From: Thermodesulfobacteriota bacterium
GTDB lineage: Bacteria; Desulfobacterota_D; UBA1144; Nemesobacterales; UBA2774
Direction: 5' to 3'
Length of the DNA stretch: 64,000 nt
NCBI GenBank assembly: GCA_965216785.1
Contig: OZ244197.1
Coordinates: 640,001 to 704,000 of the forward strand
Shown here: positions 30,928-41,563 of the stretch, piece by piece
How the letters are laid out: each line of letters begins with the position of its first letter
Numbering within the stretch: the first letter of the stretch is position 1
Program-made: the position numbers and the translations under genes
The notes under the pieces: model-generated
Database searches by the model: none
The model's input: the letters and a program-made list of their open reading frames with translations, nothing else
Told to the model about the DNA's origin: nothing

Positions 30928-31191
30928 ATGAGTACGATTACAATTTATACAACTTCATTTTGCATTTACTGCTACTCGGCCAGGAGGCTTCTTAAAAAAA
31001 GAGGGTATGAATTTAAGGAGCTGAACATAGGACGGTACCCGGAGCTCAGAGACAAGCTTATTGAAAAATACAGTTGGAGAACTCTGCCTATTATTACTGT
31101 AAACGACCGTTTGGTCGGTGGATATAGTGAGCTCGCAGAGCTTGAGAGAAGCGGCGGGATTAAATCATTGCTATCTAAAAACTCTGAATAG
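30928..31191 (+). CDS. Glutaredoxin (GrxC-like)
   Basis: IYTTSFCIYC, RTLP, LVGGYSEL. Confidence 0.85.
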   Translation: MSTITIYTTSFCIYCYSARRLLKKRGYEFKELNIGRYPELRDKLIEKYSWRTLPIITVNDRLVGGYSELAELERSGGIKSLLSKNSE

Positions 31192-31261
31192 AAAATAAGA
31201 ACATAAACTCAATCTCACGTTATTTGACTCACATAAGTCTCTAATTTAACATTACACCCCC

Positions 31262-32659
31262 ATGACAGTCAGAACTAGGTTTGCACCAAGCCCTACGGGC
31301 TCGCTTCATATCGGTGGAGCAAGGACAGCTATATTCAATTGGCTTTATGCGCGCCACGCGGGCGGGAGCTTTGTGCTGCGCATCGAGGACACTGACCGGG
31401 CAAGATCCACACAGGATTCTATAGACGAGATACTGGACGCTATGGAGTGGCTCGGGCTTGACTGCGACGAGGGCCCTTACAGACAATCGGATAGATTGGA
31501 GATTTACAGAGAGCACGCCGAGAAACTTCTTGAGTCGGGCAGGGCGTACAAATGCTATGTCACACCTGAGGAACTCGATTTGAAACGAAAAAAGGCTCAG
31601 GAGCAGGGCGGTGTGTTCAGGTATGACCGCAAATGGGCAGAAGAGAACGCAGGGCCTGACAAACCCTATGCAATCAGGCTGTTAACGCCGGACGAGGGAA
31701 CGATAGAGGTAGACGACCAACTTCGGGGGAAGATCAGCTTCGATGCGAGCGATGTGGACGACTTCGTAATACTTAAAATGGACGGGTATCCCACATACCA
31801 TTTCGCAGTCGTCGTAGACGATACTCTCATGAATATAACCAACATTATACGAGGTGATGACCACCTTATAAATACACCCAGACAGAAACTCATATATGAA
31901 GCGCTCTCTTATAAAATGCCCCAAATGGCCCATGTATCTATGATTCTGGGCGCGGACGGCAAGAGGCTCTCAAAGAGGCACGGAGCTACATCGGTCACAG
32001 AATATAGGGAGCAGGGATATCTTCCAGAAGCTGTCCTCAACTACCTGGTCCGGTTGGGCTGGTCGTTCGGGGACCAGGAAATATTCACGATGAAAGAGCT
32101 GATTGAGAAATTTACGCTCGACAATGTGGGGAAATCGCCCGCAGTGTTCAATCCGGAGAAGCTTGAGTGGCTGAACAGCCATTACCTTCGCAATAAACCG
32201 CCTGAGGAAATTGCTGGACTTCTCATTCCGCTACTAAATGAAACAGGAATTCACACTGAAGTTGATGAAAAGCTTGTTAAAATAGTAATGGAGCTTACAC
32301 AGAGAGCTAAGACCCTTAACGATATTGCAGATTCACTAGATTACTTTTATACAGACAACATAAGTTATGAGGAAAAAGCGGATAATAAATTTTTAAAGCC
32401 CGAGATTCTGCCGGTGCTCGAAGATATAACTGGGGGGCTCACATCACTTAACAACTTTACAATGGACGGCATGAAAGAGGTGTTCGATAAAGTGATGGAG
32501 GAAAGAGAGCTTAAGCTCGGGAAGCTTGCTCAGCCGGTGAGGGTGGCGTTGACAGGCGGTACTGTAAGCCCCGGAATATTTGAGGTTATGGATATACTGG
32601 GTAAGGATGAAGTAGTTAAGAGACTTAATAAAGCGGTTTCCCATATTTCTACTAAATAA
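31262..32659 (+). CDS. gltX: Glutamate--tRNA ligase
   Basis: RTRFAPSPTGSLHIGG, LRIEDTD, RLSKRHG, full anticodon-binding domain. Confidence 0.97.
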   Translation: MTVRTRFAPSPTGSLHIGGARTAIFNWLYARHAGGSFVLRIEDTDRARSTQDSIDEILDAMEWLGLDCDEGPYRQSDRLEIYREHAEKLLESGRAYKCYVTPEELDLKRKKAQEQGGVFRYDRKWAEENAGPDKPYAIRLLTPDEGTIEVDDQLRGKISFDASDVDDFVILKMDGYPTYHFAVVVDDTLMNITNIIRGDDHLINTPRQKLIYEALSYKMPQMAHVSMILGADGKRLSKRHGATSVTEYREQGYLPEAVLNYLVRLGWSFGDQEIFTMKELIEKFTLDNVGKSPAVFNPEKLEWLNSHYLRNKPPEEIAGLLIPLLNETGIHTEVDEKLVKIVMELTQRAKTLNDIADSLDYFYTDNISYEEKADNKFLKPEILPVLEDITGGLTSLNNFTMDGMKEVFDKVMEERELKLGKLAQPVRVALTGGTVSPGIFEVMDILGKDEVVKRLNKAVSHISTK

Positions 32660-32828
32660 TTACTACACGGAAACACCGCGTCATCAAACTACGATTATAA
32701 ACCCATCTGACCTCATATTATTTGGGCAGGCAGCTATTGACAGACGAATGAATTCTTGAGATGATATTTCAATATATTTTATACGTAAGTTAGGCTAATT
32801 GGCATCCCCTAAAGAGTTAGAAGCTATC

Positions 32829-33872
32829 ATGAAAATTTATACGGATTATTCAGAGATACTTTTATTTTTATGCTGCTCATTATTTCTTGCCGTGTCGGCA
32901 ACTGTGCCCACTTCGGCCCAAGAAAAATCGCAACGGGAGTACCTGGCTGAAGTCCGCCCTGGGGAGGGAGATCAGAAAACCCCGGTTAATATTGGTATCG
33001 CAGTTGTGGATATAGACAATATAGACGGAGCGCAGCAATCTTTCGTGGCCAACTTCGCTGTATCCGCACAGTGGAAAGACCCCCGCCTGGCAGAAGAGAC
33101 CGTTTCCGTTCGCACTATGGATTTAGATAAAATATGGTCTCCGAACTTACAGATTTTAAATCAGCAAAAGCTTTTTAAAACTTTTCCAGAAAAAGTTGAG
33201 GTTTCTCCGGACGGGACAGTAATTTACCGCCAGCGCTATTGGGGAACATTGTCCTACCCAATGAACCTGAAAGAATTTCCTTTAGATCAGCATTCTCTAC
33301 AAATTAAGATCGTGTCGGTTGGAAATAACGCCGAAGATATCGATTTCACAATTGCAGAAGATAGGACCGGCATGGCAGATGTGCTAACCGTAACCGATTG
33401 GGATGTGCTGGGGTGGGAGGCATTCACCGAGTCAATAATAGTAGGGCCCAAATTACCGGTTCTTCCGGGTGTAGTATTCGAATTTGAAGCCAAACGGCAA
33501 GTGAACTTTTATATTATCAAAGTGCTGATACCGCTGATAATGATAGTGTTTATGTCACTCATAGTACTATTCATCGACCCTGTACACGTGGGTCCGAAGT
33601 TTAGTATCGCGATTACTTCCATACTTACTCTAATTGCGTATCGATTTTTGCTTGGAACCCTATTGCCCAAGATTTCATATTTGACGCATATGGATTATTT
33701 CCTTTTCGGATCGATGTTCTTGGTATTTGCGGTGTTGGTGGAAACCTCAGTTGTCGCCAGGTTTATGAGCGTAAAGAAAGAGGAACACGCTAAAAAACTA
33801 GACTATTGGTCTAGGTGGGCCTTTGTTATTTTATTTTTAATAATATTGTTTGCGTCATTCCCTGTCTTTTAG
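32829..33872 (+). CDS. Prokaryotic pentameric ligand-gated ion channel (GLIC/ELIC-like)
   Basis: Signal peptide; QWKDPRL, IWSPNLQILN, Pro-loop LKEFPLD, LPKISYLTHMD; four C-terminal TM helices; start moved to ATG 32829. Confidence 0.88.
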   Translation: MKIYTDYSEILLFLCCSLFLAVSATVPTSAQEKSQREYLAEVRPGEGDQKTPVNIGIAVVDIDNIDGAQQSFVANFAVSAQWKDPRLAEETVSVRTMDLDKIWSPNLQILNQQKLFKTFPEKVEVSPDGTVIYRQRYWGTLSYPMNLKEFPLDQHSLQIKIVSVGNNAEDIDFTIAEDRTGMADVLTVTDWDVLGWEAFTESIIVGPKLPVLPGVVFEFEAKRQVNFYIIKVLIPLIMIVFMSLIVLFIDPVHVGPKFSIAITSILTLIAYRFLLGTLLPKISYLTHMDYFLFGSMFLVFAVLVETSVVARFMSVKKEEHAKKLDYWSRWAFVILFLIILFASFPVF

Positions 33873-33913
33873 TTGAGTTATCATTTTTTATACTTGTATT
33901 GATGACTCAACTA
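33870..33913. terminator. Hairpin immediately after the pLGIC stop
   Basis: TAGTTGAGTTATCA ... TGATGACTCAACTA (13/14, one G-U pair). Confidence 0.5.
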
Positions 33914-34028
33914 TCACAAACACATAACAGAGAATCAAACAGGCTTGTATTCAGGCTAAAGAAAATACGGCCTCTGTATTCGAACGCGCACTATTCACTT
34001 TGGAAATAAAGGGCCTTTTTATCTGTTA

Positions 34029-34892
34029 TCAATATTCATAAAAGCCGCGGCCTGATTTTCTGCCGAGCCATCCTGCGCGGACCATTTGGCGAAGAAGCGG
34101 GGCCGATCTGAACTTTGAGTCCTGAAACTCTTTATAGAATACATCCATGACGTCAATGGTGACATCGAGTCCGATGAGGTCTATCAGAGCAAGCGGGCCG
34201 ATCGGCTGGTTGGTGCCGAGCATCATCGCTTTGTCTATGTCCTCCGCAGTGCCCACTCCGTCCTGGTAAGCGAAAACCGCCTCATTGAGCATTGGTATGA
34301 GTATCCTGTTCACAATAAACCCCGGAGAGTCTTTTGTCGAGACGGGCTCTTTTCCGAGCTCGACGGCAAAATCGTAGGCAAGCTTGGCCGTTTCATCGGA
34401 TGTAGCTAGTGTTTTAATAATTTCGACCAGCTTCATCAACGGGGCGGGATTGAAGAAATGCATGCCCACAACCTTGTCCGGTCTAGAGGTACTTACAGCT
34501 ATTTCCACAATCGGAAGAGAAGATGTGTTCGTAGCGAGAACTACATCCCCAGGGACTGTTTCATCAAGTTTTTTGTATATATCTTTTTTAACACCCATGT
34601 CCTCAAATACTGCTTCTATGATAAAATCCACGTCTGAAAGCTTGCCGAAACCACTTGCTGTCTCAATTCTCGATACAATGGCGGCGCTTTCTTCTTCGCT
34701 AATGCTCTCTTTTTTTACAAGCCTTCCGAGGCTCTTTTCGATACCCTTCATGCCTTTATCGAGGGCTTCGTCCGAAACATCGACAAGAACAACGTTTCTA
34801 CCGTTTGAAGCTACAACCTGAGCAATTCCAGATCCCATGGTACCTGCTCCTATAACTCCTACTTTTTTAATATCCTCAACTTTTTTCGACAT
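34029..34892 (-). CDS. hbd: 3-hydroxybutyryl-CoA dehydrogenase
   Basis: GAGTMGSGIA, TNTSSL, GMHFFNP, PGFIVNR, GPLALID, GRKSGRGFY. Confidence 0.92.
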   Translation of the reverse strand: MSKKVEDIKKVGVIGAGTMGSGIAQVVASNGRNVVLVDVSDEALDKGMKGIEKSLGRLVKKESISEEESAAIVSRIETASGFGKLSDVDFIIEAVFEDMGVKKDIYKKLDETVPGDVVLATNTSSLPIVEIAVSTSRPDKVVGMHFFNPAPLMKLVEIIKTLATSDETAKLAYDFAVELGKEPVSTKDSPGFIVNRILIPMLNEAVFAYQDGVGTAEDIDKAMMLGTNQPIGPLALIDLIGLDVTIDVMDVFYKEFQDSKFRSAPLLRQMVRAGWLGRKSGRGFYEY

Positions 34893-35047
34893 GTTGTTCT
34901 CCTTAAGTTTTACGCATATGCGAACTTTAAATACTTATTATACCCAAATCTATATTTAATCAAGTTTTACTCGATAGCACTCTGCTTCGATTGATATTAT
35001 GGAAATATGATTTGAAACCCTATTGTCCGCCGCTTAAAATACCAGTT

Positions 35048-35653
35048 GTGAAGATTATCGGTCTGACAGGAAATATCGCTTCGGGTAAAAGCGTAGTCGC
35101 TCAGATGTTTGAGAGGCTCGGAGCTAAGATTATTGACGCTGATCTTGTAGCAAGAACTGTTGTAGAGCCCAACAAACCCGCCTACAAAGAAATAGTCGAT
35201 ACGTTCGGAAGAGGCGTCCTGAACTCCAAAGGTGACATCGACAGAGAGAAATTGGGCAAAATAGTATTTAACGATGAGGAGAAGAGGGATATACTGAACA
35301 AAATTACGCACCCAAAGATCGTTGATGAAATTAAGGAGCTTATAGAAAGTAACCGAAAAGAGGGAACAGAAATTATAATAATCGAGGCGGCTCTAATAGT
35401 GGAAAAGGGCGGCTGGCTAAGAGATATAATCGATAGCCTCATAGTTGTCAGCGCAAGTGAAGATTCCCGGATTGAAAGACTGATGTCCAGAAACGGATAT
35501 TCAAGAGACGAAGCGATGGCTCGGATAAGCTCCCAGATGCCGAGCGTCGAGAAAGAAAAACACGGGGATTTTATAGTAGATAATTCCACCAGTCTTGAGG
35601 ATACGGATAGCCAGGTTCTTAGCATCTGGGAAAAGATTACAGGTGGTAATTAA
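35048..35653 (+). CDS. coaE: Dephospho-CoA kinase
   Basis: GLTGNIASGKS, IDADLVAR, ITHPKI, RISSQM; probable GTG start at 35048. Confidence 0.93.
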   Translation: MKIIGLTGNIASGKSVVAQMFERLGAKIIDADLVARTVVEPNKPAYKEIVDTFGRGVLNSKGDIDREKLGKIVFNDEEKRDILNKITHPKIVDEIKELIESNRKEGTEIIIIEAALIVEKGGWLRDIIDSLIVVSASEDSRIERLMSRNGYSRDEAMARISSQMPSVEKEKHGDFIVDNSTSLEDTDSQVLSIWEKITGGN

Positions 35654-35815
35654 CTCCCTTTATCTTTTTTTGAAGTCCTCGCGCATAATAACCATTGACA
35701 CCGATGACAGTTTATTAGCAGATTTTAATTACCATTAACAAAGTAAACCCACTTGCCAATTGTATTATTCCATAGTAGATTTTTTGATTCCGAATTACCT
35801 TCAAAGGAGCTGAGA

Positions 35816-37360
35816 ATGAAGGACAAAATAGAAATATTAGAGCAAAAAGAGAAAGAGGCGGCAGAGGGCGGCGGCAAAGCAAGAATAAAAAAGCAGCACG
35901 ACGCCGGAAAGCTAACAGCGAGGGAGAGGGTGGAGCTATTAGTCGACAAGAACTCATTCGTTGAGCTGGATAAATTCGTTGTGCACCGCTGTAACGATTT
36001 TGGAATGCAGGACAAGAAGATCCCCGGGGACGGTGTGATTACGGGGTATGGCAAAGTGGAGGGCCGGCAGGTCTTTGTTTACGCGCAGGATTTTACCGTT
36101 TTCGGCGGTTCACTAGGAATGGAGCACGGAAGGAAAATATGCAAGCTCATGGACCTTGCTATGAAAGTAGGCGCCCCGGTCATAGGTCTCAGCGACTCCG
36201 GAGGAGCCAGGATTCAGGAGGGAGTGGAGAGCCTTGCCGGATATGCGGAAATATTCTGCAGGAACGTACTCGCCTCTGGAGTGGTACCTCAGATATCGGC
36301 AATTATGGGTCCTTGTGCAGGGGGGGCTGTTTATTCCCCGGCTATTACCGATTTCACACTCATGGTGAAAAACACGAGTTATATGTTTATCACAGGACCA
36401 GACGTCATTAAGGCGGTCACACACGAAGAGGTGAATTCCGAGGAGCTCGGGGGAGCGATGGTGCATAACTCAAAGAGCGGCGTTGCGCACTTTGCGGCAG
36501 AGGATGACAAAGACTGTATTGAGACTATTAAGGAGCTTCTTACCTTTATTCCTTCAAATAATATGGAAGACCCGCCCAAAGTTAGCACTGACGACCCGAG
36601 TGACAGAAAAGAAATGGGACTTCGATCACTTGTCCCCGAAAACCCGAATAAACCCTATGATATGAAAGACGTTATCGGCTCGATTGCCGACGACGGCTAT
36701 TTTTTTGAAATACATGAGCATTTTGCACAGAACATAGTAATCGGATTTATCAGGCTCGGGGGCAGATCAGTAGGAATTGTAGGGAACCAGCCCAATATGC
36801 TGGCCGGGTGCCTTGACATCGACGCTTCACTTAAGGGAGCCAGGTTTGTTAGGTTCTGCGACTGCTTTAATATACCGATCCTGACCCTGGAAGACGTGCC
36901 GGGATTCCTGCCGGGGACCTCTCAGGAATGGGGAGGCATAATAACACACGGGGCAAAGCTCTTATACGCATACAGCGAGGCTACCGTGCCGAGGGTTACG
37001 GTGATTACGAGAAAAGCTTACGGCGGGGCTTACGACGTTATGTCCTCTAGACACATACGCGGGGATCTTGTGCTCGCGTACCCGACTGCCGAGATTGCCG
37101 TGATGGGATCTGACGGAGCCGTAAACATTATCTCCAGAGCTCAGATCGCGGGAGCAGAAGACCCGGAGGCCGAAAGAGCAAGGCTTATCGAGGAATATAG
37201 AGAGAGATTCGCTAACCCTTATAGGGCTGCAGAGCTCGGGTTTGTGGACGAGGTCATTAGACCAGAAGACACGAGACCGAGAGTAATTGCGGCATTTGAG
37301 ATGTTAGATGGCAAAAGACTCACGAATCCGCCTAAAAAACACGGGAATATTCCACTCTAA
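35816..37360 (+). CDS. pccB: Acyl-CoA (propionyl-CoA) carboxylase carboxyltransferase subunit
   Basis: [47 protein letters not shown]; SD AAGGAG before ATG 35816. Confidence 0.92.
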   Translation: MKDKIEILEQKEKEAAEGGGKARIKKQHDAGKLTARERVELLVDKNSFVELDKFVVHRCNDFGMQDKKIPGDGVITGYGKVEGRQVFVYAQDFTVFGGSLGMEHGRKICKLMDLAMKVGAPVIGLSDSGGARIQEGVESLAGYAEIFCRNVLASGVVPQISAIMGPCAGGAVYSPAITDFTLMVKNTSYMFITGPDVIKAVTHEEVNSEELGGAMVHNSKSGVAHFAAEDDKDCIETIKELLTFIPSNNMEDPPKVSTDDPSDRKEMGLRSLVPENPNKPYDMKDVIGSIADDGYFFEIHEHFAQNIVIGFIRLGGRSVGIVGNQPNMLAGCLDIDASLKGARFVRFCDCFNIPILTLEDVPGFLPGTSQEWGGIITHGAKLLYAYSEATVPRVTVITRKAYGGAYDVMSSRHIRGDLVLAYPTAEIAVMGSDGAVNIISRAQIAGAEDPEAERARLIEEYRERFANPYRAAELGFVDEVIRPEDTRPRVIAAFEMLDGKRLTNPPKKHGNIPL

Positions 37361-37378
37361 TTAGCCAAGGAAAACGAA

Positions 37379-38872
37379 ATGTTTAATAAGATACTAATAG
37401 CCAACAGGGGAGAAATAGCGGTTCGGATAATAAGGGCCTGTAAAGAGCTCGGGGTGAGCACGGTTGCGGTTTACTCAGACGCAGACAGGCGCGCGCTCCA
37501 TGTAGCGCTTGCTGATGAGGCGTACCATATAGGGGGCTCTGCACCGGGAGAGAGCTACCTGGTAATAGATAAAATCCTTGACGTAGCCAAGAAATCGGGA
37601 GCTGAGGCCATACACCCGGGATTCGGGTTTTTATCGGAGAACGAAGAGTTCGCTAAAAAGTGTGAAAAAGCAAAGATCGTGTTCATTGGCCCCTCAGCAA
37701 AAGCAATCAGGCTGATGGGCGATAAAATCACGGCGAGAAAAATAGCTCACGACGCAAGGGTACCGCTGGTACCGGGCTCCGAAGGTGCGGTGAGTGACGT
37801 AGAAGCCTCAGTGGTAGTGGACGAGATCGGCTACCCGGTAATGATAAAGGCATCCGCGGGAGGAGGCGGTAAAGGGATGCGGTTAGTCCGGAAAAAAGAG
37901 GAATTTGAGAGCGCTCTCCGTATGGCAAGAAGCGAGGCCGGCTCCGCATTCGGGGACGACTCGGTATTCGTCGAGAAATTCGTCGAGCAGCCAAGACACA
38001 TCGAGATTCAGATAATTGCGGACAGCCACGGAAATGTGCTTCACCTCTTCGAGCGTGAGTGCTCGATTCAAAGAAGACACCAAAAGGTTATAGAGGAAGC
38101 CCCCTCTTCAGCCATTAGCGCGAGAACACGAAAGAAAATGGGTGATGTCGCAGTGAGGATAGCAAAGGCTGTGGATTACCAGGGCGCAGGAACGGTCGAG
38201 TTTATAATGGACCAAAAGCAGAACTTTTACTTTCTTGAAATGAATACCAGGGTGCAGGTGGAGCATCCTGTAACAGAGATGATCACCGGATTTGACATAG
38301 TAAAGTGGATGATACGGATCGCTGACGGTGAAGCTCTGCCGTTTAAGCAGAGTCAAATTGAGATGAAAGGCCATGCGTTTGAGTGCAGGGTTTATGCGGA
38401 GGACCCGGAAACTAATTTTATGCCTTCACCCGGAGTGATCGATTATCTGAGGGTACCGAGCGGCCCCGGAATCAGGGACGACTCATCTATATACAGCGGG
38501 TGCGAGATAACCCCACATTATGACCCGATGTTATCCAAGCTCGTCGTATGGGCCGATACTAGAGAAGCCGCCATTAAAAAAATGGCCTCTGCGCTCAGGG
38601 AATATATAGTGATCGGTGTAAAGACTAATATAGGATTTTTGCTGCGCGTCATGGGGGAAGAAGAATTCAACAAGGGCAAGATCGATACCGGATATATAGA
38701 ACGCCACCCGGAGCTTCTTAAGCCAGGGGATGTAGACATAGAACCCGTATTGATTGCAGCGGCGGTTGCAATGAATAATGCCGAAAGCGTGGAAAGCACA
38801 GAGCAAAGACCCGTTTCAAACTGGAAGCTCTACGGAAGGAAGCTCGGCCTTTCAGGGGGACAAGTACTATGA
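37379..38872 (+). CDS. Biotin carboxylase subunit of acyl-CoA carboxylase
   Basis: KILIANRGEIA, GGGGKGMR, RECSIQRRHQK, EMNTRVQVEHP. Confidence 0.93.
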   Translation: MFNKILIANRGEIAVRIIRACKELGVSTVAVYSDADRRALHVALADEAYHIGGSAPGESYLVIDKILDVAKKSGAEAIHPGFGFLSENEEFAKKCEKAKIVFIGPSAKAIRLMGDKITARKIAHDARVPLVPGSEGAVSDVEASVVVDEIGYPVMIKASAGGGGKGMRLVRKKEEFESALRMARSEAGSAFGDDSVFVEKFVEQPRHIEIQIIADSHGNVLHLFERECSIQRRHQKVIEEAPSSAISARTRKKMGDVAVRIAKAVDYQGAGTVEFIMDQKQNFYFLEMNTRVQVEHPVTEMITGFDIVKWMIRIADGEALPFKQSQIEMKGHAFECRVYAEDPETNFMPSPGVIDYLRVPSGPGIRDDSSIYSGCEITPHYDPMLSKLVVWADTREAAIKKMASALREYIVIGVKTNIGFLLRVMGEEEFNKGKIDTGYIERHPELLKPGDVDIEPVLIAAAVAMNNAESVESTEQRPVSNWKLYGRKLGLSGGQVL

Positions 38873-39363
38873 GTTATACGCTAAATTATCAGGGTCAGTC
38901 ATATAAAGTCGAGCTTGAGGAAGATGACAAGCAGATCAGTATTGAAATTGACGGGAAAAAAGTGCCTGTTGAGTTTGAGAAAATCGAAGAGAACCTGTTT
39001 TCTATTATCTATGAAGGACAATCCATAACTCTCGGAGTTGTTAAAAAAGGCCATAACTTACAGATTTTTCTTAACGGCGAGCTATACGAGATCGAATCCG
39101 TATCGGAAAGAGACAAGCGTAAGTCTTCTCAGATTGCTTCAGGTATGCAGGAGATTAAATCCCCTATGCCGAGCCGTGTGGTTAAGATACTTAGAAGGCA
39201 GGGCGATCAGGTTGAGCTGGATGAGGGCGTGGTAGTAGTCGAGGCTATGAAGATGGAGAGCGAGCTTAAGTCCCCAATTAAGGGAGAGGTGAAGGACGTA
39301 TTCGTAAAAGAGGGTGACGCTGTAGAGGCCGGGACTGTACTGTTAGTTGTATCTTCGGAGTAA
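38869..39363 (+). CDS. Biotin carboxyl carrier protein
   Basis: EAMKME biotinylation motif; 4-nt overlap with upstream gene. Confidence 0.92.
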   Translation: MSYTLNYQGQSYKVELEEDDKQISIEIDGKKVPVEFEKIEENLFSIIYEGQSITLGVVKKGHNLQIFLNGELYEIESVSERDKRKSSQIASGMQEIKSPMPSRVVKILRRQGDQVELDEGVVVVEAMKMESELKSPIKGEVKDVFVKEGDAVEAGTVLLVVSSE

Positions 39364-39430
39364 GTAAAGAAAAACACCGTTTATCTTAAACTCTTGTACT
39401 AACACCAAAACCACATAAGTAAGAAAAACA

Positions 39431-39464
39431 AATAAAAAAGGGAGCCCAGGCTCCCTTTTTTATT
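39431..39464. terminator. Bidirectional intrinsic terminator
   Basis: AATAAAAAAGGGAGCC-CA-GGCTCCCTTTTTTATT between convergent genes. Confidence 0.85.
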
Positions 39465-39495
39465 ACCATATATTGTTCTAATTACTTTCTTAAAG

Positions 39496-40527
39496 TTATG
39501 CCTTTAAAAGCCGCCGTCTATAAAACAGCACGCCCGCAATACCCATTACTACAGCACTAGCCACTAAACCCCATTCGCTTAAGGTCGGCACATTTCTAAT
39601 TAATACTGCGCTGTTAACAAAGGTGCAGGTAACATCGCCCGGGGAGTTACATGTTACTTCGACAGTATTGTCGTTTACTGTTGATGTAAACTCGGCGTCC
39701 CCTTCACAACTGATACTATCCAATAACCAATCTTCAGGAACAGTCTGCGTAATCGTATAGTCGGTGCTGAGCGGCAAATCAGGAGTAGTGTCACTTTCCC
39801 CTGTTGTTATTTCAAAAGACTCGTCCAATTCACCGGCCGATAGGTTAAAGGGGAAAAGTGTGTCAACGGTATTAACGGTTGGGTGAGGAACTTCTTCTTC
39901 AACGATTATATTACACCTTTCATTTTCATTGGCGCTGTTAGTATAGGTACACGTGGCCTCGCCGTCCAATAGACAAAGCGCAAGGACTATATTTCCAAAA
40001 CCTATTCCGTTAAGCTCAGCCGGAACCTGACCCGGCATAAAGCTGCCATCCCCTACTCTGTTTTGAGGTCCGCACTGAATATTGTCCAGGCTCCAGCCCG
40101 TGGGCGGCAGCTCGGCGATGAAAGTTAATGAGAGAAACGGTACGGAAAAACTATTTTCCGGCGAGATGTTATCCGCCAGCATAAATTCATCAAACACATT
40201 AGGGTCAAAAAGAGGTATCGTTACTCTTAAAAAATCAAACTCCGTATTGTAAGCAGGCGCGGCGCTATTTACAACGGTTATATTGCAGCCAAAGCCGCAC
40301 ATCGAGGGCTCTGAAGTATCGCAGGTAGCTCCGGGCTCAACTAGACAGCTCGAACTACAGCCGTCTCCATCTTGCATGTTTGCGTCGTCGCATTCCTCAC
40401 TCATTTCGAGCATTCCATTGCCACAGACTATAACTGGTGGCCCTGCAAGCGCAGGCACTGAGAAAACGAATGCAAGAACGAAGACGAATATACCTAGTAT
40501 GTTTTTAAACGATTGAATACGGTTCAT
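39496..40527 (-). CDS. Surface protein with Myxococcus-type Cys-rich repeat and IPTL-CTERM sorting signal
   Basis: Signal peptide; CGNGMLEMSEECDDANMQDGDGCSSSCLVE; C-terminal VPTLSEWG + TM + RRR. Confidence 0.85.
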   Translation of the reverse strand: MNRIQSFKNILGIFVFVLAFVFSVPALAGPPVIVCGNGMLEMSEECDDANMQDGDGCSSSCLVEPGATCDTSEPSMCGFGCNITVVNSAAPAYNTEFDFLRVTIPLFDPNVFDEFMLADNISPENSFSVPFLSLTFIAELPPTGWSLDNIQCGPQNRVGDGSFMPGQVPAELNGIGFGNIVLALCLLDGEATCTYTNSANENERCNIIVEEEVPHPTVNTVDTLFPFNLSAGELDESFEITTGESDTTPDLPLSTDYTITQTVPEDWLLDSISCEGDAEFTSTVNDNTVEVTCNSPGDVTCTFVNSAVLIRNVPTLSEWGLVASAVVMGIAGVLFYRRRLLKA

Positions 40528-40649
40528 TTACCATCCTCCACTATATTTTATTATCTTTCAGCCTATCTTTTTAATTGTAAACCAAACATGCTCATAAATA
40601 AAGCCATTTTAGCTCGAAATGAAAGAACAATTGTTCGTATTGTTATTGA

Positions 40650-41495
40650 CTATGAGTTCTTTGAAATATGATCGGTTAGCTTTGCGAATTCTTCGATCGA
40701 GAGTGTCTCGGCGCGTCTTTTGTGGTCTATGCCGGAGGACTCAAGGGCTTTAAGCACGGAGTCTTTGGGAAATGCGGACGCAAGCGAGTTACCGAGCATT
40801 TTTCTCCGTGAGGAGAAGGCCGCGCGGATGACTTTTTCATAGAGCTTATCATCAATGATACTAACCCGCGGGGCTTTTAGCGGAATAAGCTTCAAAACCA
40901 CGGAGTAAACTTTTGGTTTCGGCCAGAACGCGGCAGGAGGCACACGGAACTCAAGCGTGATGTCAAAATAGCTCTGAAGGAGAACGGAGATAGAGCCGTA
41001 TTTCTTTGACCCGGGTCCGGAGGCGATCCTCTCGCCTACTTCAAGCTGAAGCATTAGCACCAGCGAGGAGAAAATATCTCTTTGCTCGAGAAACTTAATG
41101 AGAATCGGGGTGGATACGCTGTAGGGGAGATTAGAGACGACTTTTATACCACCGTCTTTAAACAAACTTCTAAAGTCTACGTTAAGGCTGTCCTCTGAAA
41201 TAAGCTCTATGTTGCCGTAGCCCTCGGACAACTCATTAAGACGGGGGATGAGCTTTTTATCCTTCTCAATAGCTACGACCCTGCCCGCCCGCTTGGCAAG
41301 CTCCTCAGTGAGCGCGCCCAAACCGGGGCCGATCTCTAACACTTCATCTTGCTCGGTGAGCTCAGCAAGTCCTACTATCTTATTCAGGATATTCTTGTCT
41401 TTCAGGAAATTCTGCCCAAGAGATTTGCTCGGGGAGACCGTATGGCCTGAGAAAAGTTCTCTTGGATTATTTCTCTTGCTTTTATTTTTCGTCAT
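40650..41495 (-). CDS. rsmA: 16S rRNA m6,2A dimethyltransferase
   Basis: KSLGQNFL, EIGPGLGALT, SNLPY, RRKML, RAETLS; start uncertain (41495 or 41513). Confidence 0.95.
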   Translation of the reverse strand: MTKNKSKRNNPRELFSGHTVSPSKSLGQNFLKDKNILNKIVGLAELTEQDEVLEIGPGLGALTEELAKRAGRVVAIEKDKKLIPRLNELSEGYGNIELISEDSLNVDFRSLFKDGGIKVVSNLPYSVSTPILIKFLEQRDIFSSLVLMLQLEVGERIASGPGSKKYGSISVLLQSYFDITLEFRVPPAAFWPKPKVYSVVLKLIPLKAPRVSIIDDKLYEKVIRAAFSSRRKMLGNSLASAFPKDSVLKALESSGIDHKRRAETLSIEEFAKLTDHISKNS

Positions 41496-41563
41496 ATGAT
41501 ACGCGATAGACAAACCGGGGAGATTGTTTCGTTATACAGACGAGGCCTATACAGCTTCTATAT

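Noticed and set aside
33815-34009. 64-aa ORF after the pLGIC gene
   Set aside because: It overlaps the pLGIC end, has no SD and runs through the downstream hairpin.
35816-39363. Three-subunit acyl-CoA carboxylase as evidence of autotrophic CO2 fixation
   Set aside because: The split arrangement also fits ordinary propionyl-CoA carboxylases, and no diagnostic carbon-fixation genes are in the window.
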